Positions 22,142-33,252 are shown, counted from the stretch's first letter. The stretch: 64,000 nt of DNA from an uncultured Methanosarcinaceae archaeon (GCA_963727895.1 CAVSHT010000004.1:256001-320000); one strand, 5' to 3'. Made by a program: numbers and translations. The notes: generated from the letters alone by a model not told the origin.

Positions 22142-24181
22142 ATGAGTGGAGTCAGGCTTGGGGTAGATTCTCTTTCAACATATGAAGAAGGAATAAAAAG
22201 AGAGTGGATTACAGGAAATGGACTTGGAGGATATGCTTCTTCCACAGTAATTGGGGCAAATACAAGGACTTACCACGGACTGCTTGTAGCAGCTCCAAGA
22301 AACTTTCACGGAAGGGTTGTACTGCTTTCATCCCTTGATGAGGAAATTTCAGTTAATGATGAAACGTATAAACTCGCAGCCCATAAGTATCCAGAGAATA
22401 TTGCATCTAATGGCTTCAATTACCTTTTAGAATATAGTCAAAACCCACTTCCTTTCTGGGTTTACCAGCCCGATGATTTTACCATGAAAAAAAAGGTTTT
22501 CATGGTTTATAACAGTAACACGACCTGTATTCTCTATGATATTGAATCCAGAAAAGAAAAAGAAGCTTTGTTAAGAATCTTCCCTCTGATAAACTCAAGA
22601 GATTTTCATTACACTGCTCGCTCAGGATATCTCTCTTTTTCTCAGAAAGCCTATCCTGCAGGAGTAGAAATTGAGAGTTCTAATGGTTTTACTTTTTATC
22701 TTTCATCCAATCTAGAATATCATTCTGATCCCAGGTGGCATTATAATCTGGAGTATGACGCTGAAAAGAAAAGAGGACTTAACTCTCAGGAGGATAATTT
22801 AAATCCGGGATATTTCGAAAGCAAAATAAAACCTGGAATTTCTCGTTTCTTTATCGTTGCTTCAACAGATGAAATATCTTCTCTTAATCTCAGGAAGGTT
22901 GATGAACTCTATAAAAGAGCAGTAAACCGACAGAATCTTCTTGTTCTCAATTCCAGGCTTACAGATTCCTTTGCTCTTAAACTTCTCAGGGCAACAGACA
23001 CTTTTACAGTGAAAAATCCGTCTTCAGGTGAAAATACTGTAATTGCAGGATATCACTGGTATTCTGACTGGGGAAGAGATGCTATGATTTCTCTGACTGG
23101 ATTGTTTTTAATTCCTTATCGCCATGAAGAGGCCAGATCCGTTCTCATGAACTTTGCTCGATATTGCAGGAAAGGCTTAATTCCCAATACTTTTCCGGCT
23201 TTTGGAGGAGAACCAGTCTATAATACAGTGGACGCTTCTCTCTGGTTTATTCATTCAGTTAGCTGCTATTTTGCATATACGAGTAACTTTCTTTTCCTTT
23301 CAGAAATCTGGGACACTGTAGAGGCTATTATAGAAAACTATCGTAATGGTACGGATTTTGGAATCGGTATGGATTCTGATCATCTTATTCAACAGGGACC
23401 CCAGCTAACCTGGATGGATGCTAAAATTGGAGAGTGGGCAGTAACCCCAAGAGCAGGGAAAGCCTGTGAAATCAATGCTCTCTGGTACAATGCCTTGAAA
23501 ATTGCTTCCAGTCTGGGTACTCTTCTTGGAAAAGATGTTTCCTCATATGATATGCTTGCAGATGGTGTTGCTTCGAATTTTGAGAGTATTTTCTGGAACC
23601 CTGAAACTAACTGCCTTTTTGACCTCGTATATAAGGATGAATCCGGAAATGAAGTTAAAGACCCTGCAATCCGTCCAAATCAAATCTTCGCAGTAGCTCT
23701 TCCTAACACTATGCTTTCTTTAGATAAAGAAAAAGCAATTGTAGATCGAGTTGAAAAAGATCTTTTGACACCCTTTGGGCTTAGGACTCTTTCGACTGAT
23801 CATCCATTATATAAAGGACAGTATCATGGAGATGCATTCACCAGAGATACTGCCTATCATAATGGAACAGTCTGGCCCTGGCTGCTTGGAGCTTATGTGA
23901 GAGCTTATAGGAAAGTCCACAATTATTCAAAAGAAAGCCTTGAAAACATGCGGGCTCTCTTGCAGGGTTTTGATACGCATCTTGAAATTGCAGGTATAGG
24001 CAGTATTTCCGAAGTATTTGATGGGGACTACCCTCATTCTCCAGGTGGTTGTATCGCACAGGCATGGAGTGTTGCAGAAATTTTTAGAGCTTACGTGGAA
24101 GATGTACTTGAGATCAAACCACTTTTAGGCGTGGTGTCTCCTGCACTCTTAGATGCAATATCTCCAGAACTGGAGATGTGA
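22142..24181 (+). CDS. Archaeal-type glycogen debranching enzyme (amylo-alpha-1,6-glucosidase)
   Basis: EWITGNGLGGYAS, IAGYHWYSDWGRD, LTWMDAK, YHNGTVWPW and QAWSVAE motifs. Confidence 0.93.
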   Translation: MSGVRLGVDSLSTYEEGIKREWITGNGLGGYASSTVIGANTRTYHGLLVAAPRNFHGRVVLLSSLDEEISVNDETYKLAAHKYPENIASNGFNYLLEYSQNPLPFWVYQPDDFTMKKKVFMVYNSNTTCILYDIESRKEKEALLRIFPLINSRDFHYTARSGYLSFSQKAYPAGVEIESSNGFTFYLSSNLEYHSDPRWHYNLEYDAEKKRGLNSQEDNLNPGYFESKIKPGISRFFIVASTDEISSLNLRKVDELYKRAVNRQNLLVLNSRLTDSFALKLLRATDTFTVKNPSSGENTVIAGYHWYSDWGRDAMISLTGLFLIPYRHEEARSVLMNFARYCRKGLIPNTFPAFGGEPVYNTVDASLWFIHSVSCYFAYTSNFLFLSEIWDTVEAIIENYRNGTDFGIGMDSDHLIQQGPQLTWMDAKIGEWAVTPRAGKACEINALWYNALKIASSLGTLLGKDVSSYDMLADGVASNFESIFWNPETNCLFDLVYKDESGNEVKDPAIRPNQIFAVALPNTMLSLDKEKAIVDRVEKDLLTPFGLRTLSTDHPLYKGQYHGDAFTRDTAYHNGTVWPWLLGAYVRAYRKVHNYSKESLENMRALLQGFDTHLEIAGIGSISEVFDGDYPHSPGGCIAQAWSVAEIFRAYVEDVLEIKPLLGVVSPALLDAISPELEM

Positions 24182-24255
24182 ATATTTTCTACTATTTATC
24201 AAATTTTTCAGAATAAATAAGGGGACTAATTTGTTGGGGAGGAAATGAAGATAAT

Positions 24256-25281
24256 ATGACCTGGAAAGACCATGGAGAGCTATTTTTCCGGTATAGAAAA
24301 AATCCTATACTAACTGTTGACGATTGGCCGTATCGGGCTCACACGGTATTTAATCCCGCTGCCGCCGTAGTTGATAGTAAAATCCTGTTACTGGTCAGGG
24401 TCGAAGACCATAGGGGTTTTTCTCACTTTACGGTAGCTAGAAGTGAAAACGGAATAGATAACTGGAAAATTGACAGTAAACCAACATTTTTTCCTGATCC
24501 TGTAAATTACCCTGAAGAAATATATGGCGTTGAAGATCCACGCATAACTTACATAGATGAAATGAAAAAGTGGGCTATAGTGTATGTAGCTTATTCGGAT
24601 TCAGGTCCTTTACCTGATCTTGCTTTTACAGAGGACTTCCAAAATTTTGACCGAATAGGACCTTTAATGCCACCTGATAATAAAGATGCTGCAGTTTTTC
24701 CCGTAAAATTTAAAGGCAAATGGGCAATGTTACACAGACCTGCACCTACTGGTCACATTTTAAAAGCTAATATATGGATCTCATTTTCTTGCGATATGAA
24801 AGCCTGGGAAAAGCCTGAAGTTCTCCTGTATGCTAGAGAAGGCGGATGGTGGGACGCTTATAAGATCGGTTTATCTCCGCAGCCTCTCCGTACACCTGAA
24901 GGATGGCTAATTATGTACCACGGAGTGCGCCAGACAACAGCTAAGACAAGCTATAGGCTTGGATTGGCTCTCCTTGATCTTGAAGACCCCACTAAAGTAC
25001 TACGCAGGTCAGAAGGCTGGGTTTTTGGACCACGTGAGCAATATGAACGTAGTGGAGACGTAAATGACGTTGTTTTTCCCTGCGGCTGGGTTCAGGTGGG
25101 CGATGAGCTCCGTATTTATTATGGAGGAGCCGATACATCAGTATCAGTAGCCAGTGCAAAATTTAACGATATAATGGATTTTATTCTTAAGTGTCCTGAA
25201 AAACAGTGCCCAGAAGAATATTGCAACTGGTTTGAAGGAAATAGGGACAAGTCTACCTCTCTGAAAAAAGGATATATGTAA
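24256..25281 (+). CDS. GH130-like glycosidase/glycoside phosphorylase
   Basis: VFNPAA, GVEDPRIT, NKDAAVFP, LHRP, YHGV, VVFPCG and YYGGAD motifs. Confidence 0.9.
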   Translation: MTWKDHGELFFRYRKNPILTVDDWPYRAHTVFNPAAAVVDSKILLLVRVEDHRGFSHFTVARSENGIDNWKIDSKPTFFPDPVNYPEEIYGVEDPRITYIDEMKKWAIVYVAYSDSGPLPDLAFTEDFQNFDRIGPLMPPDNKDAAVFPVKFKGKWAMLHRPAPTGHILKANIWISFSCDMKAWEKPEVLLYAREGGWWDAYKIGLSPQPLRTPEGWLIMYHGVRQTTAKTSYRLGLALLDLEDPTKVLRRSEGWVFGPREQYERSGDVNDVVFPCGWVQVGDELRIYYGGADTSVSVASAKFNDIMDFILKCPEKQCPEEYCNWFEGNRDKSTSLKKGYM

Positions 25282-25420
25282 TTAGATACGGATTATTTAC
25301 TTAAAAAATTAAAAAACATGATCTGTGTGATTTTATTGGCTCAAAAGTTTATTTGTTTTTAATGAATTTTTGAAAGAAAGATAAAAGTGTCTGATAAAAT
25401 CAGAAGAAAGAAATATATTA

Positions 25421-25918
25421 TTGATCAGGGAAAGTAATAATATAATGTATGGAAGGGTAGCAGAAAGAGGACCTCTACAACTGGACATAGGTATAGTTGT
25501 ATCAGGACTTGGAGGTAACTCCAGTCAGGAAAGAGATCAATTCCATGGTCTTATTTCATTTTTTGGCATCGATTTTGGACTCTATGTTGGACCATCATAT
25601 AATCCGTTTCGGACTATAGGACCAAGCATCGGTATTGGTGTAATCCTGGGATCTAATGGTTTTCTGGCTGCAAAAATAGGAATTCATTTCAGAAGATCTT
25701 TTGGTTTAGCAGCACTAATTCCTATAGTTCCTATTTACGGTGCTACCGGAGCAAGTATATTATCTGTACTGCCTATTTCAGAAGGATTTAAAGCTGCAGC
25801 AACTGTTCCATTGCTTTTAGTGCCAGCAGCGGTTGTATATCAGGAAGATATCAATAAATTACATAGACGTGGAACAGACATTTTGATGAAACTGAAAGCC
25901 TATATTCCAAAAAAATAA
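25421..25918 (+). CDS. Hypothetical Gly-rich hydrophobic protein
   Basis: 165-aa ORF filling the intergenic space; start may be ATG 25445. Confidence 0.6.
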   Translation: MIRESNNIMYGRVAERGPLQLDIGIVVSGLGGNSSQERDQFHGLISFFGIDFGLYVGPSYNPFRTIGPSIGIGVILGSNGFLAAKIGIHFRRSFGLAALIPIVPIYGATGASILSVLPISEGFKAAATVPLLLVPAAVVYQEDINKLHRRGTDILMKLKAYIPKK

Positions 25919-26253
25919 GTACGTCATAATGAGAACATGTATATCAGGAAAATGTACTTTATAGCATTAGTTTTGAGCTGAATAGAACATCCATGAACCT
26001 TTTCTGTGAGATTTTCGCTGAAACTGCCTTTAAAGCTTTTTTTACTTTTTCAGTCAATTACGTATTTGACGAGCTTATTATATTAACTGGTTTATAATAT
26101 CTAGATATAATCAATCCAGCGAAAAATATATTCCTTTGATTACAGAATGAAGTTTGTAGAGCTTATGTAGACAGATTAGATGTTTCAAAGGCGAAAAAAT
26201 TGTTTTAATTTATTTGAAAAATTATAAATTCTGACACGACAGGAGGATGCATC

Positions 26254-26886
26254 TTGAAAATCGCAGTTGTGGAAAACGATAACCAGGAATCCAGTTCAAT
26301 ATTTGAACCTGGATTCATTGCAATATATGAAAAAGAAGGTGGGGAATGGAAAGTCCTGAACCGTTTTGAAAATAAAGCTTGTGATGCAGGGGGTATGGCT
26401 GCAGTACGCATGGCTGTGGCTGATCTAATTAAGCAACTCGGCGATGATGTAAAAGTGATTGTTGCAAGTGAAATCCCTGGAATTGCATCCGGGACTTTTC
26501 AAGCAGCTGGTTTCGACATATTTCTTGTGGAAAATAGCAGCGTGTTGAATATTCTTGATTCGATCAAAAAAGATATGGTTGAGACAATTGAGGAACGTCA
26601 GAAAGAACCACCTAAATTTGATATAATGCAATATCTGGAACCTGGAGAAAATGAAGGCGATTTCTCAATTAATATCGAAAAAGTCATGTTTAAACATCCA
26701 GACTTAACTTCAAAGAAAATTCTTATTCCTTATATAAAAAATGGAGAATTCAACAGGCTGGATGTTATCTGCAGTCATCTTCCAAAGTGGTTTGTCACAG
26801 AGTTAGGCTCTATGGGATTTGAATATGAAATTGTTAATGATTTGCCAAATAAAAAGACTGTTAATGTGACGCGTATAAACCCTTAA
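26254..26886 (+). CDS. AnfO-family (Fe-only nitrogenase accessory) protein
   Basis: KIAVVEN...SSIFEPG, LTSKKILIP and LDVICSHLPKWF motifs; AGGAGG RBS before TTG. Confidence 0.8.
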   Translation: MKIAVVENDNQESSSIFEPGFIAIYEKEGGEWKVLNRFENKACDAGGMAAVRMAVADLIKQLGDDVKVIVASEIPGIASGTFQAAGFDIFLVENSSVLNILDSIKKDMVETIEERQKEPPKFDIMQYLEPGENEGDFSINIEKVMFKHPDLTSKKILIPYIKNGEFNRLDVICSHLPKWFVTELGSMGFEYEIVNDLPNKKTVNVTRINP

Positions 26887-27082
26887 AAGTAAGAAATTAC
26901 AGAAAAATGTTTAGTAAAAAAGTTTTAGATCTATTAGAACATAATACAATACGCAAAAGGGATTTTTCATTACAAAAATCCCATTAAACCTTGTTAAATA
27001 TTATTACATAATTTACTCTGTTTCAAACATGAATATAGTTTAGAGATTAAATTTACCCTAATCTCACAAGTCTCTGTCTTAG

Positions 27083-27186
27083 ACTTTTACTTTAATTAGC
27101 TTTTCTTTAATTAGTTTTTACTTTAATTATCGCTTTTTTATGGACATCACAATGTTTCTTAAATATTTCTGTTTCTTAAATATTTC
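27083..27186. repeat. Two short intergenic tandem repeats
   Basis: TTTT(A)CTTTAATTA x3, then TGTTTCTTAAATATTTC x2. Confidence 0.65.
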
Positions 27187-27440
27187 AAAGCTTACTGAAT
27201 ATGGTAATTGAAGCCATAATATTTAAAGTTCCACCTATATTATAATAATAGCAGAGGGAAAATGAAAAATTGGGGAGAGGATGTTACGAGGTTCTTGCAA
27301 TTGACATTACTGGAAAACCTTACAAAGTTGACATTGAAGACCTCTTTTACTTGTCTATATTAAGATATCAGGTATCCTCCACTGAAAAGCAGACTGAAAA
27401 GTCACTAACCAAGTAAAATGATTGACAGGGATAGGTAATT

Positions 27441-28295
27441 ATGGGCAACACAATAGAAATTCAAGAACCTATACCAGCAGTCCGGAAGAATGCCTGGCTA
27501 AAAGTTTTAACCACTGCAGCATTTTTCTATATTTTCTTATTAATAGCCTTGCTGATAACAAAAAATACAAATCTGTTTCCTACTCTGGTAATGGTCGGCA
27601 ACTTTATGGTCCCTGTAGCCTACGTGGCTTTCATATACGAGCGCAGGAACCTCAGTCGTCTGACAATGCCAACTGTCTCCATGGCTTTCTTCTATGGTGG
27701 GCTGCTGGGCATTATTGCAGCATCTATTTTAGAGCCATTTTTTATTCGGCAATTAAATCTTAGTGCAATTCTAAGAATAGGACTTATCGAGGAGTTTACT
27801 AAAATTCTGGGAGTGCTTGTGATTGCACGTCATAAACAACATGACTCCGAAATGGATGGATTGATATTAGGCGCAGCCTCCGGAATGGGGTTTGCAGCTC
27901 TGGAAAGTAGTGGTTATGCTTTTACGGCTCTTTTAGAAAGTCATGGGAATATTTCAGCAACAGTGGAAGTGACTTTACTCCGAGGTCTTCTTTCTCCTCT
28001 TGGACATGGAACCTGGACCGCTATTTTAGCTAGTGTTCTATTTCGAGAAAGCAAAAAATGTGACTTCCGTATTAACTGGAAAGTTATTGGTGCTTATCTG
28101 TTCGTCTCCATTTTACATGCAATGTGGGATGGACTGCCCTTGATAATTTCTTACATCTTAGGACAGGGCTTAGGCGTTTTAATTGCATGGCTTGCGATCG
28201 GTGCTATTGGATTATTTGCTCTCTGGCTCCAATGGAAAGAAGCAATCAGGTTGCAAATGGTTTCACCACCAGAAACCGAGGACACATGTGCTTAA
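27441..28295 (+). CDS. PrsW-family intramembrane metalloprotease
   Basis: IEEFTK, GFAALES, PLGHGTWT and LHAMWD motifs. Confidence 0.92.
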   Translation: MGNTIEIQEPIPAVRKNAWLKVLTTAAFFYIFLLIALLITKNTNLFPTLVMVGNFMVPVAYVAFIYERRNLSRLTMPTVSMAFFYGGLLGIIAASILEPFFIRQLNLSAILRIGLIEEFTKILGVLVIARHKQHDSEMDGLILGAASGMGFAALESSGYAFTALLESHGNISATVEVTLLRGLLSPLGHGTWTAILASVLFRESKKCDFRINWKVIGAYLFVSILHAMWDGLPLIISYILGQGLGVLIAWLAIGAIGLFALWLQWKEAIRLQMVSPPETEDTCA

Positions 28296-28325
28296 AAGGG
28301 AATATTATTCGGCTTTGTAGAAATT

Positions 28326-28411
28326 CTCAGAAGTAAATAATCTCTATTTAATTCTCAGCCTCAGAAGTAAATAATCTCTATTTAATTCTCAGATATAACT
28401 AATCTCTATTT
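28326..28411. repeat. 34-bp tandem duplication plus a degenerate third unit between convergent genes
   Basis: CTCAGAAGTAAATAATCTCTATTTAATTCTCAG at 28326 and 28360; third TAATCTCTATTTA. Confidence 0.8.
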
Positions 28412-28507
28412 ATTTGAAATAAATGACATATTCCTGTTTTACGTATTCAATTCTAGCTTCTTAAAACTGGTTTATATAGGTTTTCTACAAAGTCGAGTTT
28501 CACAATT

Positions 28508-30001
28508 TCAAGTATATCTTCCTATGTTGACCTGATTAACAGTTTCTCCGGAATTGTTTGAAGAATCTGAGGAAATATATCCGGTACCAATACACGGAGA
28601 ATTTGACTTCAGGTGATAATCATGTTTGCTTGAGTCTACAAAGAGAGGATTTGCGTAGATATCAGTTGTTGATGTGCAATTCAGATAGTTACCTGCAGAG
28701 TTATTGTACAGACAATTATTTTCCAGCACAAGATTATGTGTTTCAGGAAGATAGTTAATTACTGCATATCCTGTTCCTTCAGGGTCTTTTGTACGTTTCT
28801 GAGTATTTACGATGATGTTATTGCGAACGATTGTCGTATATCCCGGTTTTGGAGAGTAAGCTGGAGAATAACCATTAGGATACATATTGATAATAGCAGC
28901 ATGATATACGCCGTCAAATACATTATTTTCTATGGTTGTATTATGGAATCCGCTAGTTACAATGCCTCCTACCCAGGTAATGTTAGGATTAGTACCTGTA
29001 TCGTAGAAGACGTTATTATGAATATAGACGTTTTTTCCCATGTCTTTGGTATAAGAAACGGTATCATGATTGAAAAGCCAGATTCCAGGCCCATAAGTAT
29101 TATGGATAGTATTATTGTAAATATCAATATCATCCATAACATTTGTAGCTGCTCCGCCTTTTTCTATCTGAATGCCAGGTCCACCTGCACTCCAGTCGTA
29201 GAAAGAATCTATCACGTTATCATGGAATTTAACCTGGTTTGAGTTCCAGACTCTAAGACCACTATTAGTCCTGCAAGTTATTGTATTATTCCAGGCTTCT
29301 ATGTTCTGGCAACGAATGGCGAAGAGACCATCATGTCCCAGTTTGTAGATTTTATTGTTGTAATACTGGATATTAGAACTCCTTTCCGCTCTCAGCCCAT
29401 CTCCATGCCCATCGTGCATATACATGTCATGAACCTGTATATTTTTTGAATTAAGGAAATGGATCATATTGTAATAGCCATCTCCATTTTTCTTATCTTC
29501 ATTATTGTCATGATTTCCATTAATTTCAAAGCCTTTTATGGTGATATTATTGTAGCTTTTATCTGCATCTATTTGTGTTATCAGGGGTTTATTTACTGGC
29601 CAGTCTGCGTTGTCTTCAAGTTTAACTACGGCTGTAGGGTCTCCCTCTAAAACAGTGTTACTGCAGATTAGAATACTATCGGAAATAACATATGTATTTG
29701 GGCCTTTCAGGTAAACAGTTGTGAACTGAGGATTTTCTGCAACATATGCAAGAGCTTTGTTTATTTCTACCTGGTCATCACTTCCATCACAGGTATAATT
29801 CCCACTTCCATCAGCCGCAACATAAACTGTTTTATTATATAGTGAGACAGGAGAATTAGATTGTATTGTATGATGACCGAATATTACCAGTGCAATTAAA
29901 AAAATAAACACTAAAATAAAAAATCCTATTTTTTTCTTGTTTTGCTGCAAGTACTTAAGCTGTTTTTCATTCAGTAAGTACTTGGGATATTTTTCGTTCA
30001 C
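28508..30001 (-). CDS. Disaggregatase-related beta-helix surface protein with N-terminal anchor
   Basis: VYVAADGSGNYTCDGSDDQVEINKAL, MHDGHGDGL and DYHLKSNSPCI motifs; one N-terminal membrane helix. Confidence 0.85.
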   Translation of the reverse strand: MNEKYPKYLLNEKQLKYLQQNKKKIGFFILVFIFLIALVIFGHHTIQSNSPVSLYNKTVYVAADGSGNYTCDGSDDQVEINKALAYVAENPQFTTVYLKGPNTYVISDSILICSNTVLEGDPTAVVKLEDNADWPVNKPLITQIDADKSYNNITIKGFEINGNHDNNEDKKNGDGYYNMIHFLNSKNIQVHDMYMHDGHGDGLRAERSSNIQYYNNKIYKLGHDGLFAIRCQNIEAWNNTITCRTNSGLRVWNSNQVKFHDNVIDSFYDWSAGGPGIQIEKGGAATNVMDDIDIYNNTIHNTYGPGIWLFNHDTVSYTKDMGKNVYIHNNVFYDTGTNPNITWVGGIVTSGFHNTTIENNVFDGVYHAAIINMYPNGYSPAYSPKPGYTTIVRNNIIVNTQKRTKDPEGTGYAVINYLPETHNLVLENNCLYNNSAGNYLNCTSTTDIYANPLFVDSSKHDYHLKSNSPCIGTGYISSDSSNNSGETVNQVNIGRYT

Positions 30002-30362
30002 ATTGTCCCTACTTAAATGTTAATTAATTAAATTGAAAGATATTTACAGTTAACAATTAATTGAAATTATAAAAATAAAATTATTGCAATATTTATAAAG
30101 TATAATGAGCCAGGTATGTAAGCAAAGACTCAACCTTCCTAGTGATTCGGATGAGATATAAATATTATTATGGAAAACTCCTACATTCGATTATAGTCTA
30201 CCAAAAATGTTTTATTTCCAGATACATATTATTTTAGAGGATACATCCTTAAACTTACGGTATCTGGTGAGAATTGCAATTCTTACTTTATAAGGTGTAT
30301 CCGGGCAAACATACTGGGATAAAAACCAGATGGCCTTCATATATCTGGAGGTAGTAATCCGA

Positions 30363-30533
30363 ATGCCTACATGCCAAGACTGCAGATTTTACACGGCTAT
30401 TGATGAAATAAAAGGCGAATGTTTCAGCCTAGGTTTTGAAGTACGAGGAAAAACCGATTCTAAGAAGTGCCCGGAACGGGCTTTCAGACCAAATAAAGGT
30501 TCAAAATCAAAAAAATCAGGAAATAAGTGGTAA
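30363..30533 (+). CDS. Small 4-Cys protein, BssC/TutF-like (possible Fe-S)
   Basis: MPTCQDCRFY...KGEC...KKCPERAF; GGAGGT RBS at 30347-30352. Confidence 0.65.
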   Translation: MPTCQDCRFYTAIDEIKGECFSLGFEVRGKTDSKKCPERAFRPNKGSKSKKSGNKW

Positions 30534-30813
30534 TAATTAAAAAATAAACGAATAAAAGGTACAAATAAGCTCAGAATATGAAGGATCTCAACTTGAGGTT
30601 TAAAGTGAAATAGGAACTGAAATCAACCTCTAACCCTGGGAATTCCGGAACGCCTAAATAACTTTTTTTTGCTTGCCGGAATTATAAAACTTAAAAGAAA
30701 TTTTTGTTATATTTTTTTGCGTTTATTTTAATAATTATCAACAAAAAAGGACACTTTTTGTTCCTTCAGATAAATGAATTTTCAAAAATATCTACATGTT
30801 TAATTGAATTGTT

Positions 30814-31670
30814 GGTTCCGTTGCAAAAAATATCTGCTAAGGATATAATTAAAATAAAAATGAAATCAAAGATAGTGATATGCTATCTAATTCCTTTAAA
30901 TGGAAGCACTTTGTTGGTGAAATTATTTTATTGAATGTTAGATGGTACTTAAAATACCCACTTAGTTATAGAAATTTAAAGGAAATGATGGCAGAAAGAG
31001 GGATAATAGTCAACCATACAACCATTATGAGATGGGTACATCAATATTCACCTGAAATCGAAAAGAAGGTCAGAAGGCATTTAAGACCAACAAACGACTC
31101 TTGGAGAGTTGATGAAACTTATATCAGAGTTAAAGGTGAATGGAAATATTTTTACCGAGCAGTTGACTCAAATGGAGATACAATTGATTTCATGTTAAGT
31201 GCAAAACGAAATAAAAAAGCAGCAAAACGTTTCTTTAAGAAAGCTTTGAACTCTAATCATAATCAAATTCCAAGAGTAATCACAGTTGACAAAAATCCAG
31301 CTTATCCACCTGCTATAGATAAACTGAAAAATGATAAAATACTACCTATAAACGTAGGCATTCGACAAATCAAATATTTGAATAACATTATAGAACAGGA
31401 TCATAGATCCATTAAACGAATAGTTAATCCAATGTTAGGATTTCAGTCTTTTCATACAGCCATTAAAACTTTAAAAGGAATTGAAGCTATGAATATGATT
31501 AAAAAAGGACAAATCAAGAACTTAAATTACTCTGGCTTTAATGAAGCTAAATATATTAATCAATTATTTGGAATAGTTCTATAATATTGACATATCTTTT
31601 TGAATATTTTAACTTTTATTCATTATTCATAGATTTACAGGCTTATTCTAAGATTTTTTGCAACGGAACC
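30814..31670 (+). mobile_element. IS6-family element (857 bp), near-identical to 12615-13471
   Basis: Same 18-bp TIR; abuts a left-truncated IS1; no target duplication. Confidence 0.95.
30880..31584 (+). CDS. IS6-family DDE transposase
   Basis: 234 aa, differing from the first copy at three C-terminal residues. Confidence 0.95.
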   Translation: MLSNSFKWKHFVGEIILLNVRWYLKYPLSYRNLKEMMAERGIIVNHTTIMRWVHQYSPEIEKKVRRHLRPTNDSWRVDETYIRVKGEWKYFYRAVDSNGDTIDFMLSAKRNKKAAKRFFKKALNSNHNQIPRVITVDKNPAYPPAIDKLKNDKILPINVGIRQIKYLNNIIEQDHRSIKRIVNPMLGFQSFHTAIKTLKGIEAMNMIKKGQIKNLNYSGFNEAKYINQLFGIVL

Positions 31671-32378
31671 TTAGAAAGTATATTTCTTCATGAACTGCCC
31701 AAAATGTAATAGTTCCAGTCACAAAAAGAATGGTATAGTTGGCGGGCGTCAACGGTACAAATGCTCTGATTGTGGATATAACTATACAGTAGAGCTAAAA
31801 TCAACTGCTTTTTCCGCCTCTGTTAAAAAACAGGCTTTACAACTTTACCTTGAAGGATTGGGCTTTCGTTCAATAGGAAGATTTTAGGGGTGAGTCATGT
31901 TTCTGTCCAAAAACGGATCAAGAAATTTGGTCAAGAGTGAGAGAATCTAAAAAGTGAAAGTGAGATATCTATTGTTGAAATGGATGAGATGCACACTTAC
32001 ATCGGTAACAAAAAAAATATTGCTGGATCTGGATTGCTGTTGATAGAGTTGGGAAAAAGTTCATCAACTGCTCTTTTGGCAGCAGAGGAACGGAAACTGG
32101 AAAACTACTCTGGGAAAAAGTGAAGAAAAAATAGATTGGAGAAGTGATGACAGATCACTGGAGGGCATATGCAGAGTTTCTTCCAGAAAAGATCCATACT
32201 CAATCAAAAGCAGAAACATTTACAGTTAAGGGATATAACAGCATATTGAGGCATTTCCTGGCAAGATTGAGAAGAAAGACAAAGTGTTATACGAAGAGTC
32301 TTGAAATGCTAAAGTACTCGGTTATTCTATTGATGAAATACAGAAATAAAGAGTTAACTATGTTTAGTTAACAATGCC
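31671..32378 (+). mobile_element. IS1-family element missing ~30 bp of its left end, inactive
   Basis: Begins TTAGAAAGTATATTTCTTCATG directly after the IS6 TIR; ends GTTAACAATGCC; frameshift at ~31885 and premature TGA. Confidence 0.92.
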
Positions 32379-33091
32379 ACTTAATGTTGTCAACTGTATT
32401 AGCACCTTTATCAAAAACAATAAGAGACCCTTTTTTGAGCTTACTTTTTACCTGGTTATAAGTCTTAAGAAAATGTTTCAGATCAAGAACATTTCCTTTG
32501 TTGACTGTAATTCCAATGGGTATATTAATTGGCTTTTTGAGTTCACTGACTCCAACTGTTATCTGAAGCTTATCAGGTCTATGATCTCTGCTATACCCGT
32601 ATTTACCAAGCTTGGCTTTAGTTCCGTGAAGAACAATACTTGTCCAGTCCAGGTTTATATCTGTCTCTTCAAAACCATAAACCGAAAATTGTCTAAGATT
32701 TCCGATAGAATTTTTTCCTTATTACGTCCCAGGATTTCAAGGGTCCGGTAAAGGACTTTTTCATGAAAACTCTCTAGATTCAAAATCTCGAGAATTTCGT
32801 CCTGATTTAACCATTTACCAGCTTCTTTAATGCTAAAGTTCTCGGTGAGCTTATAGCTCACCAAGCCTATTAACAAGCTATTGAGATCCAAACCCCGGCT
32901 TTTATGCTTACTAAAAATATCAGAAAAATTAAGTTTTTCATAAAAGTATTGGACAGCAAGCATAGACCCGATAGGAACATATATATTCTTGTTGGGAATA
33001 GTTGGAAATGCTATTATTTTTGTTTTAATATTCATTGGACCGAATAAAACAAAATAAGAGCACTTATTTTTATCTAACTGTCAAACTCAGG
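32379..33091 (-). mobile_element. IS1634-like element, 5' portion only, cut by IS1
   Basis: Terminal CCTGAGTTTGACA; near-identical to 62444 onward; GYSRDHRPDKLQ motif on the reverse strand. Confidence 0.85.
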
Positions 33092-33252
33092 ATGTAATGC
33101 AACTTTTACTATTCTTTTTAAGGTATGATACTATATTTCAAATTACTTTTATAAAAAGCTAAATGTTCTCCAAAAAAGGGCTGCCTAAAAATAACGAATG
33201 ATTGATTCTTCCACAAATTCTCGATTGCTATTTAATGTCTCAAAAACCAATC

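Noticed and set aside
28326..28411. Possible mini-CRISPR
   Set aside because: Adjacent tandem duplication with no spacer-length unique sequence.
12615..31670. IS6-mediated inversion of the 17 kb between the two opposed copies
   Set aside because: The 8-bp flanks (GTTTATAT, AGAATAAG, GAATTGTT, TTAGAAAG) match neither directly nor as reverse complements.
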